A DNA stretch of 64,000 bases from Synechococcus sp. (GTDB taxonomy: Bacteria; Cyanobacteriota; Cyanobacteriia; Thermostichales; PCC-7336): the NCBI GenBank assembly GCA_051439605.1, contig JBFRWN010000013.1, positions 1-64,000 of the forward strand, given 5' to 3'. Numbering within the stretch: position 1 is the stretch's first letter; the number at the start of each line of letters is the position of its first letter. A program made the translations under genes and the position numbers. This document shows, piece after piece, positions 10,901 through 19,413 of this stretch. The notes below the pieces were generated by a model. The model searched no databases and had not been told where the DNA came from. It saw nothing but the letters and a program-made list of their open reading frames with translations.

Positions 10901-11647
10901 CGTCACCCGTCCTGCTCGATCACCCGCAGCAAGAAGCAAGTTCTCGATAAATCCAACACGTTCGTTCAAGTCCTTGCACAACGAGTAGACTTCCTCAAAC
11001 TGATCTACAAGCAATATCAGTGGGGATTGGTCGCTATCGGGCAACAAATTCACAATCCGCCGCAACCCGTCATACTCTCCCAACTTACTAGCGAGACCCA
11101 ACTCTGCCTCGAATTCGCGCGCCTTGGCCGCTGGTGTCGGATCGTTCGTTGCGTTCCGAGCTAAAACACCAGCTAGTGCTTCTATAGGATGCGTGCCTGG
11201 AGTGAATAGAGCGACCCGTACCTTTGTCGTGCCCGGAAGCGATCTCCTGGCAAGTTCAGGGATCAAACCCGCTCGCGCCAAAGATGATTTCCCACAACCC
11301 GAAGGCCCTAGGATGGGTAGAAGTCTATAAGTTATCTCCTTTTCTGTTCGAGATTCGTGCAGATTTCGCAGTAACTCCCATAGCTGCTCGATTTGCGTTT
11401 CCCGCCCGAAATATTGATTGGCATCCGCTTCCTGAAAAGCAGACAATCCCACGTAGGGATTGGGACCAATATAGACTGGCTGGTGCGGCAGTTCCTCCTC
11501 ACGCTCGCGACTGAGATAGTAGATCTTGACCTGATTGTTATCGCCAGAAATCAGGGTGCTGCTGACAACATCCCGAGTGACTGAGATGCTACGGTCATCA
11601 GCTAGTTGCTGAACGGAATCTTCGGGACCGTTATCTAAACCAGCCAT
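7901..11647 (-). CDS. nSTAND1-type NTPase with transmembrane helix and 14 WD40 repeats (NLR-like)
   Basis: NPYVGLSAF, GPSGCGKSS, LLVDQFEE, LTLRSDF, LPLLQFAL, EVTHEALL; hydrophobic LGVISGIGILCTLLLLTAW; 14 GH..DGTVRLW-type repeats. Confidence 0.92.
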   Translation of the reverse strand: MAGLDNGPEDSVQQLADDRSISVTRDVVSSTLISGDNNQVKIYYLSREREEELPHQPVYIGPNPYVGLSAFQEADANQYFGRETQIEQLWELLRNLHESRTEKEITYRLLPILGPSGCGKSSLARAGLIPELARRSLPGTTKVRVALFTPGTHPIEALAGVLARNATNDPTPAAKAREFEAELGLASKLGEYDGLRRIVNLLPDSDQSPLILLVDQFEEVYSLCKDLNERVGFIENLLLAAGDRAGRVTVVLTLRSDFLGETQRHPKLNRLIASQLFVVPAMSEGELRRAISMPAERAGHPLDMGTVNRLIEETKGREGALPLLQFALTQIWEGMAKGIDSSQTLNEIGGVGGALAGEAQRIYDSLGEREQEIAKRIFLGLVQLGEGSRDTRRRAVVDSLLSHRDKPEWAKQVIEKFSSRGARLITLSGEVGQSETAEVTHEALLEHWDQLNEWLDNNREDIRFQRRLDEAAKAWEEEGRHRSSLWARPRLDLLEEYVKSSPGELTKTQIDFFKASRTAEKVRKLGVISGIGILCTLLLLTAWQWQQSQRQLVIAKAQGVDSLLSTAPTRGLTQAIEAIGMSRSLFLRLPDWHVPGIVTGSLLSAVEHSRESDILSGHQHDGVWSLALTQDDSIIVSGSGDGTIRLWNLDGKSFGEPFRGHDGRVLSVAVGENSSSIVSGGEDGTVRLWQQDGTLIGQPFQGHEDRVLSVAISDDGSVIVSGGEDGTVRLWHPDGRPEGDPFLGHQKRVWSVAISQDGSTVVSGGADGTVRLWRPDGSPIGDPFQGHQGIVRSVAISEDGSTIVSGGEDGSIRLWLRDGTQIGQPFQGHQGIVRAVAISQDGSTIVSGGEDSTVRLWQRDGTSIGRPFLGHQGIVRAVALSESESSFTILSGGYDATIRLWQPEGAPLEHSLQAYQGNVRSIAISEDGSTIASGGEDGTLRLWQPDGTPIGQPLASNQGIVRSIAMSEDGSTIVSGGEDGTVRLWRPDGNPIGEPFTGHQGIVRSVTISEDGSTIVSGGEDGTVKLWKPDGTPIGNSITGHQGIVMSVAISEDGSTIVSGSRDGTVRLWKPDGTPIGSPFTGHRGWVNSVALSDDNATIVSGGEDGTVRLWEPDGSPIGEPFTGHQGIVISVGLSGYGSSISILSGGNDGTVRLWQPDGTPVGEPFRGHNGIVNAVAVNENGSTIVSGGNDGTVRLWSFSWETLLDAACWRLHDHAILENPFHGTSAFQAKRTCEQYVWSRSSRLAGY
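8050..9815 (-). repeat. Tandem ~126-bp WD40-coding repeats, 14 copies
   Basis: Recurring CCCCCACTGACAATAGTGGAGCCATC-like units on the + strand at ~126-bp spacing. Confidence 0.85.
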
Positions 11648-11678
11648 AGAGCTTCTTCTCAAAGCTGTCGCAATTCAT

Positions 11679-12098
11679 TCAAACCACCATACCGACAATG
11701 CCAAGAAGCTTGTGCCAGTTCTGACCTAACCAAGCAGCTGCCCCCTTCAAATGTCCAGCCAGCTTCTCGGTCACAGACGCCAACTCTTCGGATGTTGTGG
11801 CGTACTTAAGAGCGCGTTCCAGAGCAGAACCTACCTCGTTCTTGTCTGGATCGTCTTTCTCCAACTCATCGGCCACATCTTCCATTGCCCGCTCGATCTT
11901 GCGACTATCTGGAGTCTGTAAGGCAGCCAAAATCTCTTTGATTGCCGCGATCTCCGCTCGGATATCGACGGTTTCTTGCGGTGGGAGTTCGGTCTGTCGA
12001 TACTCCACTGAAACCGTATTACTATCTCCCGTTAAAACCGCACTGCCGATAATGTTTCCAGTCGATACCGAGCGATTGTGAGATGAAGTTTCTCCCAT
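11679..12098 (-). CDS. Small protein: N-terminal beta-motif matching the NLR N-terminus plus helical domain (candidate NLR effector)
   Basis: 139 aa; NRSVSTGNIIGSAVLTGDSNTVSVEY then helical region ending in AAWLGQNWHKLLGIVGMVV; ends 31 bp before the NLR ATG. Confidence 0.8.
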   Translation of the reverse strand: MGETSSHNRSVSTGNIIGSAVLTGDSNTVSVEYRQTELPPQETVDIRAEIAAIKEILAALQTPDSRKIERAMEDVADELEKDDPDKNEVGSALERALKYATTSEELASVTEKLAGHLKGAAAWLGQNWHKLLGIVGMVV

Positions 12099-12192
12099 GG
12101 GAAAACTCCTGCAACAAGTGGTTATGCTGCAATTTTGGTATATGAAAGGCTTTGGGGGAATTCAACCAAGGGAATTTTTAACAACATCACTT

Positions 12193-12513
12193 CTACTTAC
12201 GAGATAGAGTGATCGCGCTTCCCATCAAGCTTTGAAAGCAAAAGACAAAGACTACAACCCGCAACACTTTCCACGCGATTCTCAGAACGTGCCATGAAAG
12301 AATGGCTGTTCCCTTAACCACCAACCAAAGCACCTTCCCCACAACCTGGAAGTGCTTCTCCAACTGCCCCCGACAAAGGGGATCGCGATCCTCTTGGCCA
12401 TCGCCATAATCTACATGTGCAGCCTGCCATTGGTCTTCCATCAAATAGCGCACTGTTCCATCGGGTAATTCTTCCGCAATGGAATAGTCATAAATCCGTT
12501 CGCGAGCTGCCAC
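12193..12513 (-). CDS. Hypothetical protein with C-terminal hydrophobic segment
   Basis: 106-aa ORF, GTG start with AGGAGG Shine-Dalgarno just after the T4CP stop. Confidence 0.65.
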   Translation of the reverse strand: MAARERIYDYSIAEELPDGTVRYLMEDQWQAAHVDYGDGQEDRDPLCRGQLEKHFQVVGKVLWLVVKGTAILSWHVLRIAWKVLRVVVFVFCFQSLMGSAITLSRK

Positions 12514-12528
12514 TTTCTCCTCCTGACA

Positions 12529-14352
12529 TTAATCTTCCAACTCGATATCCTGCAAAAATGTATTCCTAGCCAACAGCGCAGTCACTAAAGGTTCGTCAGG
12601 TGCAGGAACCGCCACCGAACTTCCTTTACCTCCAGCTTTATCCGGTTTCGGCAAAAACCGATTCGTCTCCTCGTACCGCTCCCGCAACTCCGCCTCCGTC
12701 ACACCAGCAGACTTATTCGATTCTCTCAGCTGTGCCAACTCCAACTTAAACTCCGCAGTTGCCCTGTCAACCTTCCGCAACTCCTGACTCGGAATCTTCA
12801 CCTTCACCTGCATCGGTAAACTCGCCCGCCGCCGATTGGCCAAGCCGGGAGTCACCACCACGCAAGTTCCCGTCGGCTGCGTCAGAAACTGATTGGCATC
12901 CACCAACTTGCGCGTCCGGTCCTGGTCCGCAATATTGGAACTTCCCCTACCGCCGCTGTGCCCCCGCGATCGCTGCTTCAGTCGAATATCCTCCTCCCCC
13001 AGATACTTGCTAAACATCTCCGCTGCCTCGTACTCCTGCGGATTGAAAATCATCTTCGTCCCGCATCCCCCAATCGCAATCCGCGCCCCCTCCTTGCCGT
13101 ACATCCGTTCCAACTGAGCCAAATTTTGAAACCCCAACAACCCCACAAACCCATCCTCCCGACTTTCGTTCAACCAATGCCCCAGCCGCGGCAGGTAAAA
13201 CGTCGGCACCTCGTCCAGCGCCACCACCAGCGGAGTCCGTCGCGGTCGGGCCAAATTGCGCTCCACAATCAAGTGCAAGATCGTCGCCACCAGCGGAGCC
13301 ACCACATCCCGTCTCTGCCGGTCCATGCCGAACACCACCATCTGCCTGCGATTCAAATCCAGCGGCAGCGTGGTTTCCCCGTAAAACGACGTCAGCAACC
13401 CCGCTTTCATAAACCGATTGAAGTTGACGAACGCCGTCGAGATGATGCTGGCCACCGTTTCGGGGGATTTTGCCGTCGCCGTCAGCTGGCCGAAACTGGT
13501 GCGAATCCAGTAGTTCAGCTGAGCATGGTTGAGGCGATCGATGAGGGAATCCAGCTGCAGCAAGCAGGTACACATCATAATGTCGGGATACTTGCTGGCC
13601 TTGGCCAACATCAAAATCGCCTCCGTCAGTTGAATGCCCGCAATATCGAAAAACGGATTGTCCCCTCCCCCCGTCGCACTCCCCGTCAGCCGCTTGAAAT
13701 TGGCATTCAGCACTTCGGCAATCTGCCGGGCCGTTTCGGCATCCGCTTCGCCGCGCAAAAAATCTAGCGGGTTGCATACCTGCGATTCGGGATAGCCAGG
13801 GGCAAAGATCGAGACTTCGTAGCCCATCTGCTGTGCATAGCCTGCTAACCGCTCGGTCTGGTTGGGGTACTTGAAGTCGTACAGAACGATGGGAAATCCC
13901 TGGCAAATGGCACTGCGCACCAGCGGGTCGATCGCCGAAAAGGTCTTCCCGGACCCCGGCCCGCCAAACACCGCAAACCCGCGCTGGGCATCGGGAAAGT
14001 AGAGGGTTTTCGCATCGGGGGGACAGTAGTAGATGGAGCGATCTCCTTCTCTGACGAACTCAGCTCCGGACGGTTCGCGAATCCACAGGGCAACGGAATT
14101 GCGCTGGGGAGATTCGATTTGAGAGATGGCCCGTTCGCGAGCGTTGCGCCGTTCCCTATCTCCGGCAAACTTGCCGCGCGCGATCTTGCCTTTTGGCTTG
14201 CGACCGCCGAATAGGGCCAAAACGCAGAGGGCGATGGCACATCCCCCAAACAGGAGAATGCTGGGGGAGGTCAGCGAATCGAGCAAGTGGTCGAGCAACG
14301 CGCTTTGGGGCAGGTCTGGCTGGCTCTGTTGCTGGGTGAAAACGACTCTCAC
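12529..14352 (-). CDS. virD4: Type IV coupling protein (VirD4/TraD-like)
   Basis: N-terminal TM helix, Walker A GGPGSGKT, YDFKYP, CNPLD, Walker B ALDEVP, GFQNLAQL. Confidence 0.9.
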   Translation of the reverse strand: MRVVFTQQQSQPDLPQSALLDHLLDSLTSPSILLFGGCAIALCVLALFGGRKPKGKIARGKFAGDRERRNARERAISQIESPQRNSVALWIREPSGAEFVREGDRSIYYCPPDAKTLYFPDAQRGFAVFGGPGSGKTFSAIDPLVRSAICQGFPIVLYDFKYPNQTERLAGYAQQMGYEVSIFAPGYPESQVCNPLDFLRGEADAETARQIAEVLNANFKRLTGSATGGGDNPFFDIAGIQLTEAILMLAKASKYPDIMMCTCLLQLDSLIDRLNHAQLNYWIRTSFGQLTATAKSPETVASIISTAFVNFNRFMKAGLLTSFYGETTLPLDLNRRQMVVFGMDRQRRDVVAPLVATILHLIVERNLARPRRTPLVVALDEVPTFYLPRLGHWLNESREDGFVGLLGFQNLAQLERMYGKEGARIAIGGCGTKMIFNPQEYEAAEMFSKYLGEEDIRLKQRSRGHSGGRGSSNIADQDRTRKLVDANQFLTQPTGTCVVVTPGLANRRRASLPMQVKVKIPSQELRKVDRATAEFKLELAQLRESNKSAGVTEAELRERYEETNRFLPKPDKAGGKGSSVAVPAPDEPLVTALLARNTFLQDIELED

Positions 14353-14363
14353 GCTCTCGCCCT

Positions 14364-15146
14364 CTAATTAGACTGCGAGGCCCGAACCAGTTCGCTGGCG
14401 ATGTCGAGCGGCACGCCAAAGCGATCGCGCAATTTCTCTGCCATCAGCGCTCCCTCCGCACTGTCAGTAGATCCCAGCGCCCGCCACTCACCGTCAACTC
14501 GCTGTCCCACGTAATGACCGCTGGCATCTCCCCGCTGGAACCAACTGGCGATTGCATAGTCCCCCACAATCTCCACCCGATTAATACTCTTTGGGCCGGG
14601 GGGCTCGTTGAAGTGAAGGAAGGCTTCGACAAGCGAATCGATATCGGGGTTGGCGGATGACAGAGTGTACAGGTCGGGAAACTCAACCCCAAGGTCCTGC
14701 AGCGCTGCCACCTCTGCTTCGCTGCGATAGGTATCGATATCGCTGTCCACCTCTTGCTGGAAGATCCCCTCAAGTTCTTGCTTGCCCCCCGCCAACTCGA
14801 TCGCCAGTTCGTAGTTCTGCCGGTAAAGCTCAAATGCCACCTCGTAAGGCTTCACATCATCCAGCGATTGGGTGATGTCGGAGCCATCCAACAACACTTC
14901 ACACTGGCCGGAGTGATCGACCTGCGAGACAGACACGAACGGAGCGTTTTGCTCGGGATCGATACCGATCAGGTAGTAATAGGTCAGCTCGTCGCGTTCT
15001 GCGGAAGCCCGCAATTGAATGTCGGTGGCTCCTGCCGGGATGCAGGGGATCGCTTCTTCGGGTAGCTGAGCGGTTGCCAGCGGGGCAACACCTGTTGATA
15101 TGGCAGCAGCGATCGCCACCACCCGAACAATTCGACGAATCTCCAT
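14364..15146 (-). CDS. Exported acidic hypothetical protein in conjugation operon
   Basis: Signal peptide MEIRRIVRVVAIAAAISTGVAPLATA; tight spacing within operon. Confidence 0.7.
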   Translation of the reverse strand: MEIRRIVRVVAIAAAISTGVAPLATAQLPEEAIPCIPAGATDIQLRASAERDELTYYYLIGIDPEQNAPFVSVSQVDHSGQCEVLLDGSDITQSLDDVKPYEVAFELYRQNYELAIELAGGKQELEGIFQQEVDSDIDTYRSEAEVAALQDLGVEFPDLYTLSSANPDIDSLVEAFLHFNEPPGPKSINRVEIVGDYAIASWFQRGDASGHYVGQRVDGEWRALGSTDSAEGALMAEKLRDRFGVPLDIASELVRASQSN

Positions 15147-15158
15147 AGCTCGTCCCTC

Positions 15159-16577
15159 CTAAAATTCGACATAATTGCGAGGATTTTGCGGCACCCAATT
15201 CTTGTAGGTTTCGAAATGCAGGTGAGGTCCCGTAGATAGCCCACTATTGCCAGACAACCCCACCACTTCTCCCCTCGTCACAGGCTGGCCCACCGCAACA
15301 TCGATGCGACTCAGGTGGGCGTATCCAGTAGTGAGGCGATTGCCCTCCTCGTTAACGCCGTGGTCGATAACCACGTAGTTTCCGTATCCCCATCTTGGTG
15401 CAGCAACCATCACCACGCCATCGCAAGCTGCTCGAATCGGGGTACCCATCGGCGTGCCCAGATCGATCCCCGAATGCTGTCTCTGGAATTGCCCCGTGAC
15501 CGGATTGACGCGCGGGCCAAACTCGCTGGTGACGGGAGCGCCAGAGGCGGGATGGCTGAGGTCGTGACAGAAGGGTAGATCGAGAGGGGGTGTCGGCGAG
15601 GGTGCGGGCTCCGGCGCTGGAATCTCCCCCGGTAGCAGCGGCGGAGTGGGGATCGGTCTCGGAACAGTTGGCGGAGCCGGAACGGCACTGACTGTCCCTA
15701 GCAAAATCCAATCTTTCTCCCGATGGCCAAACCAAGGAAACGGGCCGATGAAATAGGGGGAGCAGGAATCGACAGCCAGGGTTTTGATGCAAATGCGAAA
15801 GTAGGTTCCGAACTGGGCCGAGCTCTCCACTTCATCCACCTCCAGCAGCACCACCTTGAAGCCATCCGTAATCGGATGCCGTCCCGTTGGTTCCTTGCCT
15901 CCATTCAACTCCCCCAGCGGCCAGCCGTACCCCCCATTAACCTCCTGCTCCCCCCATATCCACCGCTTGCCGTGGGCCACCGGCTGCGTGGAAAACTCGA
16001 TATGAGCGCATCCAAGCCGATCGCAAGGGACGTTAAATCCATCTTTGTCGCTGCCGCTGATGGTGTTGCCGATATACCCCTCTCGCTCGCCCAACGGCAC
16101 GTCGAACTTCCCCCACACCCCAAAATTCAGCAGGCTCAACATCCGCTCTACAATTTTTTCCCCTAGCCCACCGGCATATTCCGGAATCAGTTGTTCGATA
16201 GTCGATCGCCACAGATCGAAGTTTTCTCGCGTCAGGGGATTCGTCCGATAGACAATTTCTCCAATTGCCTGAATCACGGCCACCGAAGCGTAATCCAGCA
16301 GGTATTCCTCCTGAAACTGCTGCCACAAGCGGTTGGTCTCCGCATAGTCCAAAGCCTGTTCTTCCAACTCCTGAAAAATGCCGACGACTTGCTCGATTTC
16401 CTCCGGCGCAAAACCCGCCGACTCCATCAAGTCAATCAATGCCTCGTAATCGAATCCTGCCTCGCAATCCCAAGCCGGGAGGCTGTCTGCACAATCCTGA
16501 GCGACAGCCGGAGCGGACATCGCCAGCTGCACAACTCCCAGCAATGCCAGCGGTGCCAGTGCAGACCAACCCTTCAT
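15159..16577 (-). CDS. M23 metallopeptidase domain protein (conjugation-associated cell wall hydrolase)
   Basis: Signal peptide from ATG 16577 (TGATG overlap with upstream stop); Pro-rich linker; HSGIDLG, GYGNYVVIDH, STGPHLHFE. Confidence 0.88.
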   Translation of the reverse strand: MKGWSALAPLALLGVVQLAMSAPAVAQDCADSLPAWDCEAGFDYEALIDLMESAGFAPEEIEQVVGIFQELEEQALDYAETNRLWQQFQEEYLLDYASVAVIQAIGEIVYRTNPLTRENFDLWRSTIEQLIPEYAGGLGEKIVERMLSLLNFGVWGKFDVPLGEREGYIGNTISGSDKDGFNVPCDRLGCAHIEFSTQPVAHGKRWIWGEQEVNGGYGWPLGELNGGKEPTGRHPITDGFKVVLLEVDEVESSAQFGTYFRICIKTLAVDSCSPYFIGPFPWFGHREKDWILLGTVSAVPAPPTVPRPIPTPPLLPGEIPAPEPAPSPTPPLDLPFCHDLSHPASGAPVTSEFGPRVNPVTGQFQRQHSGIDLGTPMGTPIRAACDGVVMVAAPRWGYGNYVVIDHGVNEEGNRLTTGYAHLSRIDVAVGQPVTRGEVVGLSGNSGLSTGPHLHFETYKNWVPQNPRNYVEF

Positions 16578-17269
16578 CACTGCAATCCGCCCAGCTGACC
16601 GGACTGATAGCTGTCGTACCCCTTCTGAGCCAGCTCCTGAACGACGGTTATCGACACGCCCGCCTGCTGAGTGGCCGGTAACACTCGCTCGCCGTTTTGC
16701 ACCAATCCCAAAAAGGACTGCACCCGCTCCCTCAAGGGATTGTCGTAGGGCATCGACCCATCCCGCACGGCCATCTCCAGACCCATCGTCACGAACCGCA
16801 CCGGCACCCGGCGGCGATCGGTCAGTTCCACCAGCGGCAAGCCCGGCGTGTCGGGATGGACGGACAACACCGCACAGTTTGAATCTGTAGCTTGGTAGAC
16901 CAGCGTAAACGGATAGGTTTGCCGACCCCCTTGGCGATCTTGAGTCAGCACCAGCATTTCCGTTGTCGGCCCCGAAGGCAGGTGGGGGATGTTTACCCCC
17001 GTAATCGGACGCAGGAAGATCGTGCTGGCATAGCCCGAATCCAGATTGGCATCGAAATTGAGGGACACCTTTTCGGGGTTGCTCAGTTCCACGTGGCGAA
17101 TGACGTCTCCGGCAGGGTTGAAGTCGATGGCCGTCACCCCCGACCGGACGTAAACCCGATGGCCGTTGCGCTGGATGGCGCTGGCAAATTTGCTGCAGGT
17201 GGGAGTTTGAGCAACCGCTGCCGCTGCCAGGGATAAGGTGGCAGCGATCACCAGAGTTACAGCTTTCAC
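16577..17269 (-). CDS. Exported T4SS component, VirB9-like by position
   Basis: GTG start overlapping upstream TGA; signal peptide; beta-rich N-terminal domain; follows VirB10-like gene. Confidence 0.6.
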   Translation of the reverse strand: MKAVTLVIAATLSLAAAAVAQTPTCSKFASAIQRNGHRVYVRSGVTAIDFNPAGDVIRHVELSNPEKVSLNFDANLDSGYASTIFLRPITGVNIPHLPSGPTTEMLVLTQDRQGGRQTYPFTLVYQATDSNCAVLSVHPDTPGLPLVELTDRRRVPVRFVTMGLEMAVRDGSMPYDNPLRERVQSFLGLVQNGERVLPATQQAGVSITVVQELAQKGYDSYQSGQLGGLQ

Positions 17270-18612
17270 AATCGAATCTCCCGATTGACAACAATTTGGA
17301 CGGGCTGACCGGCCTCTACCGTCCACAGGGGCTTTCGCTCCAGTGATTCCTCAATCGAGCGTTCGGTGCGGCTTTGAATCCCCGGAATCACGGCATCGGC
17401 ACCGCCCTTGAGAATGCCGCCCAGAATGTTGATGTCTCCGTTCTCGACAGAGCTGGAGAAAGAGCTGCCCCCGAAGGAGGAAATGGAACTGGTGTTCGAA
17501 CTCGATGGCCGGTTTAGCAGTTCCCCCACTTCCCCAAGCGCCCCTAGAACGAACAGTCCCGTTTCCTGGGAGGCAATGTCCGGACCTGGATCCAGACGGC
17601 GATCGCCCCGAGCCAGCAACGCCTCTCCCCCTTCACCGCGCACGGAAATCGATCCCACCGTCAGGGGAATTTCCTGGCGAACGCCATTGAGATGGGTAAC
17701 GACCGCCACCCCGCTCATGCGTGCATAGCCGTTGGGCAGAACCCCATCCACCTGCACCACCAATTCGCTGTGGGTGGGCACGGCAGGCAGGTTTTCGCTA
17801 TCTCGCAGGGGCGAGGTCAGCTGCACTACAAACCGCTCGGCATCGGTCTCCACATCGGGCGACCAAATGACTGGCGCAGCGATCGCCCCCGTTGCCGTCG
17901 AGCCTGCCGGAATGGTTCGAGTGACGGTTCCCCGCAGAAACTCTCGTTCCAAGCTCAAGTCGATTTGAGGAGACGCAGCCGGATCGCTAGCATTCAGATT
18001 TGTGGAGGTTTGTCGATTGCGGATCGAGTCGATTGGATTGGCGATCGCGGCAGACGTAGAAGCGACTTGGAATGGCGGTTCGGAAATCTTGCCGTAGCTG
18101 CCGATTGCGTTAATCTCTGCCCAAAGCTGCAGCGGATCGGGCTCCGGCTCTGGAGGAGGAGGTGGTGGAGCCGCTACGGGAGCCGGTTCGGGTTCTGGCT
18201 CCGGAGTCGATTCCGGCTCGGGCTCCTGTCGCAGTTCGAACTGGTTCAAATCGTTCGCCTGTTCCCCCAACGCCATCCGCGTCTTGATATCGGCAGGGAT
18301 TTCTTCCGGTACCGAGGGAGCCTGCAACTGCACGATCTCCCCCTCGTTCCCCTCCGATTCCCGAGCTATTTGCGTCGGAGCAAATCCGCCCGTCACCAGC
18401 TTGTAGACGAAGAACGCAAAGCCCCCCACCGAAAGCACGATCGCCGCCAGAGCCACAGCTTTGGCAACCGGATTGTTGGCAAGCGTCTTTCGTTCCGGTC
18501 GATAGAGGCTTTCCAGTTCGTGCAGCAAATCGTCCGTCTCATCCAGGACGCGCTGTTTGGGAGTGCGGTCGTCGTACCCCAGCAATTGATTGAAATCGGT
18601 CGGTTCGCTCAC
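17266..18612 (-). CDS. TrbI/VirB10-like T4SS core protein
   Basis: Single TM helix, Pro/Glu-rich linker (PEPEPEPAPVAAPPPPPP), TIPAGS and TVEAGQPVQIVVN VirB10-type motifs. Confidence 0.8.
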   Translation of the reverse strand: MSEPTDFNQLLGYDDRTPKQRVLDETDDLLHELESLYRPERKTLANNPVAKAVALAAIVLSVGGFAFFVYKLVTGGFAPTQIARESEGNEGEIVQLQAPSVPEEIPADIKTRMALGEQANDLNQFELRQEPEPESTPEPEPEPAPVAAPPPPPPEPEPDPLQLWAEINAIGSYGKISEPPFQVASTSAAIANPIDSIRNRQTSTNLNASDPAASPQIDLSLEREFLRGTVTRTIPAGSTATGAIAAPVIWSPDVETDAERFVVQLTSPLRDSENLPAVPTHSELVVQVDGVLPNGYARMSGVAVVTHLNGVRQEIPLTVGSISVRGEGGEALLARGDRRLDPGPDIASQETGLFVLGALGEVGELLNRPSSSNTSSISSFGGSSFSSSVENGDINILGGILKGGADAVIPGIQSRTERSIEESLERKPLWTVEAGQPVQIVVNREIRL

Positions 18613-19409
18613 GGCTCCTCTCCTGATTCGACAATGGGTTCCAAACGCAGGCCGTCAATGGCGTAGATCTCCATGCCTCCGCTGCGGTATTCCTGCATGG
18701 CCAAAGCAGTTGCTGTGGAATTGCCCGTGACGCGATAGGGCTCTACCGCTCTGACAAAGACGGATTTGTTAAACGGGAGCCGGTCGGTCTCCATCCCCCG
18801 CTGGGTGATGACGCGGGTGGCCACCATATCCACCTGCCACTGCCCCTCCCCCACCGGCTTTGGGTTGGAGAGATTGCGAATCTCCAGGTGCATCTCCACC
18901 TGCTCGTTAGGATCGAAGACTTCTGGCGGAGTGATGTCGGCAATGGCTTCCAGCATGGAGGGGCGGGGGAAGTCCGCAGACAGAGCGTGGCTGGCCGCCC
19001 AAGCGGAGGTAGCAATAATCCGATCGCCCAATTGGAACTGGCGATCCTCCACCCACCGGCCCTCTCCATCCGGCACGGTGCCGGTCGCGGTAAACAGCGC
19101 GGTGGCGACGGTGTAGACGTAGCTGCGAATGGCCGCTGGCGAGCGCTCGTTACGGGCGATCGCCTCCACCTGCATCGACGTGCCGTCCTGCAGCTGCACC
19201 AATGCAGGCACCGGGCGCTTGGCGATTTGATAGACGAACAACCACTGCAGCAGCTCCACCAGGAGCAGTGCAGACAGCACGAAGAAATGAACCGATCCGC
19301 CTGACAGAGATGAATTAGAACGACTTTGCAAAACCTCGGGGGATGACGAATCCACCAGTACGGTGCCGAGGTGCGAGTTTTGGGATGCGGATTTTGCAGA
19401 AGCAGACAT
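18609..19409 (-). CDS. VirB8-like T4SS inner membrane protein
   Basis: One TM helix followed by LVQLQDG and a soluble domain (QWQVDMVATR); between VirB6- and VirB10-like genes. Confidence 0.6.
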   Translation of the reverse strand: MSASAKSASQNSHLGTVLVDSSSPEVLQSRSNSSLSGGSVHFFVLSALLLVELLQWLFVYQIAKRPVPALVQLQDGTSMQVEAIARNERSPAAIRSYVYTVATALFTATGTVPDGEGRWVEDRQFQLGDRIIATSAWAASHALSADFPRPSMLEAIADITPPEVFDPNEQVEMHLEIRNLSNPKPVGEGQWQVDMVATRVITQRGMETDRLPFNKSVFVRAVEPYRVTGNSTATALAMQEYRSGGMEIYAIDGLRLEPIVESGEEP

Positions 19410-19413
19410 GGGA

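Noticed and set aside
16578..17294. N-terminal extension of the 711-aa M23 ORF
   Set aside because: Overlaps the VirB9-like gene in another frame; a signal peptide starts at ATG 16577
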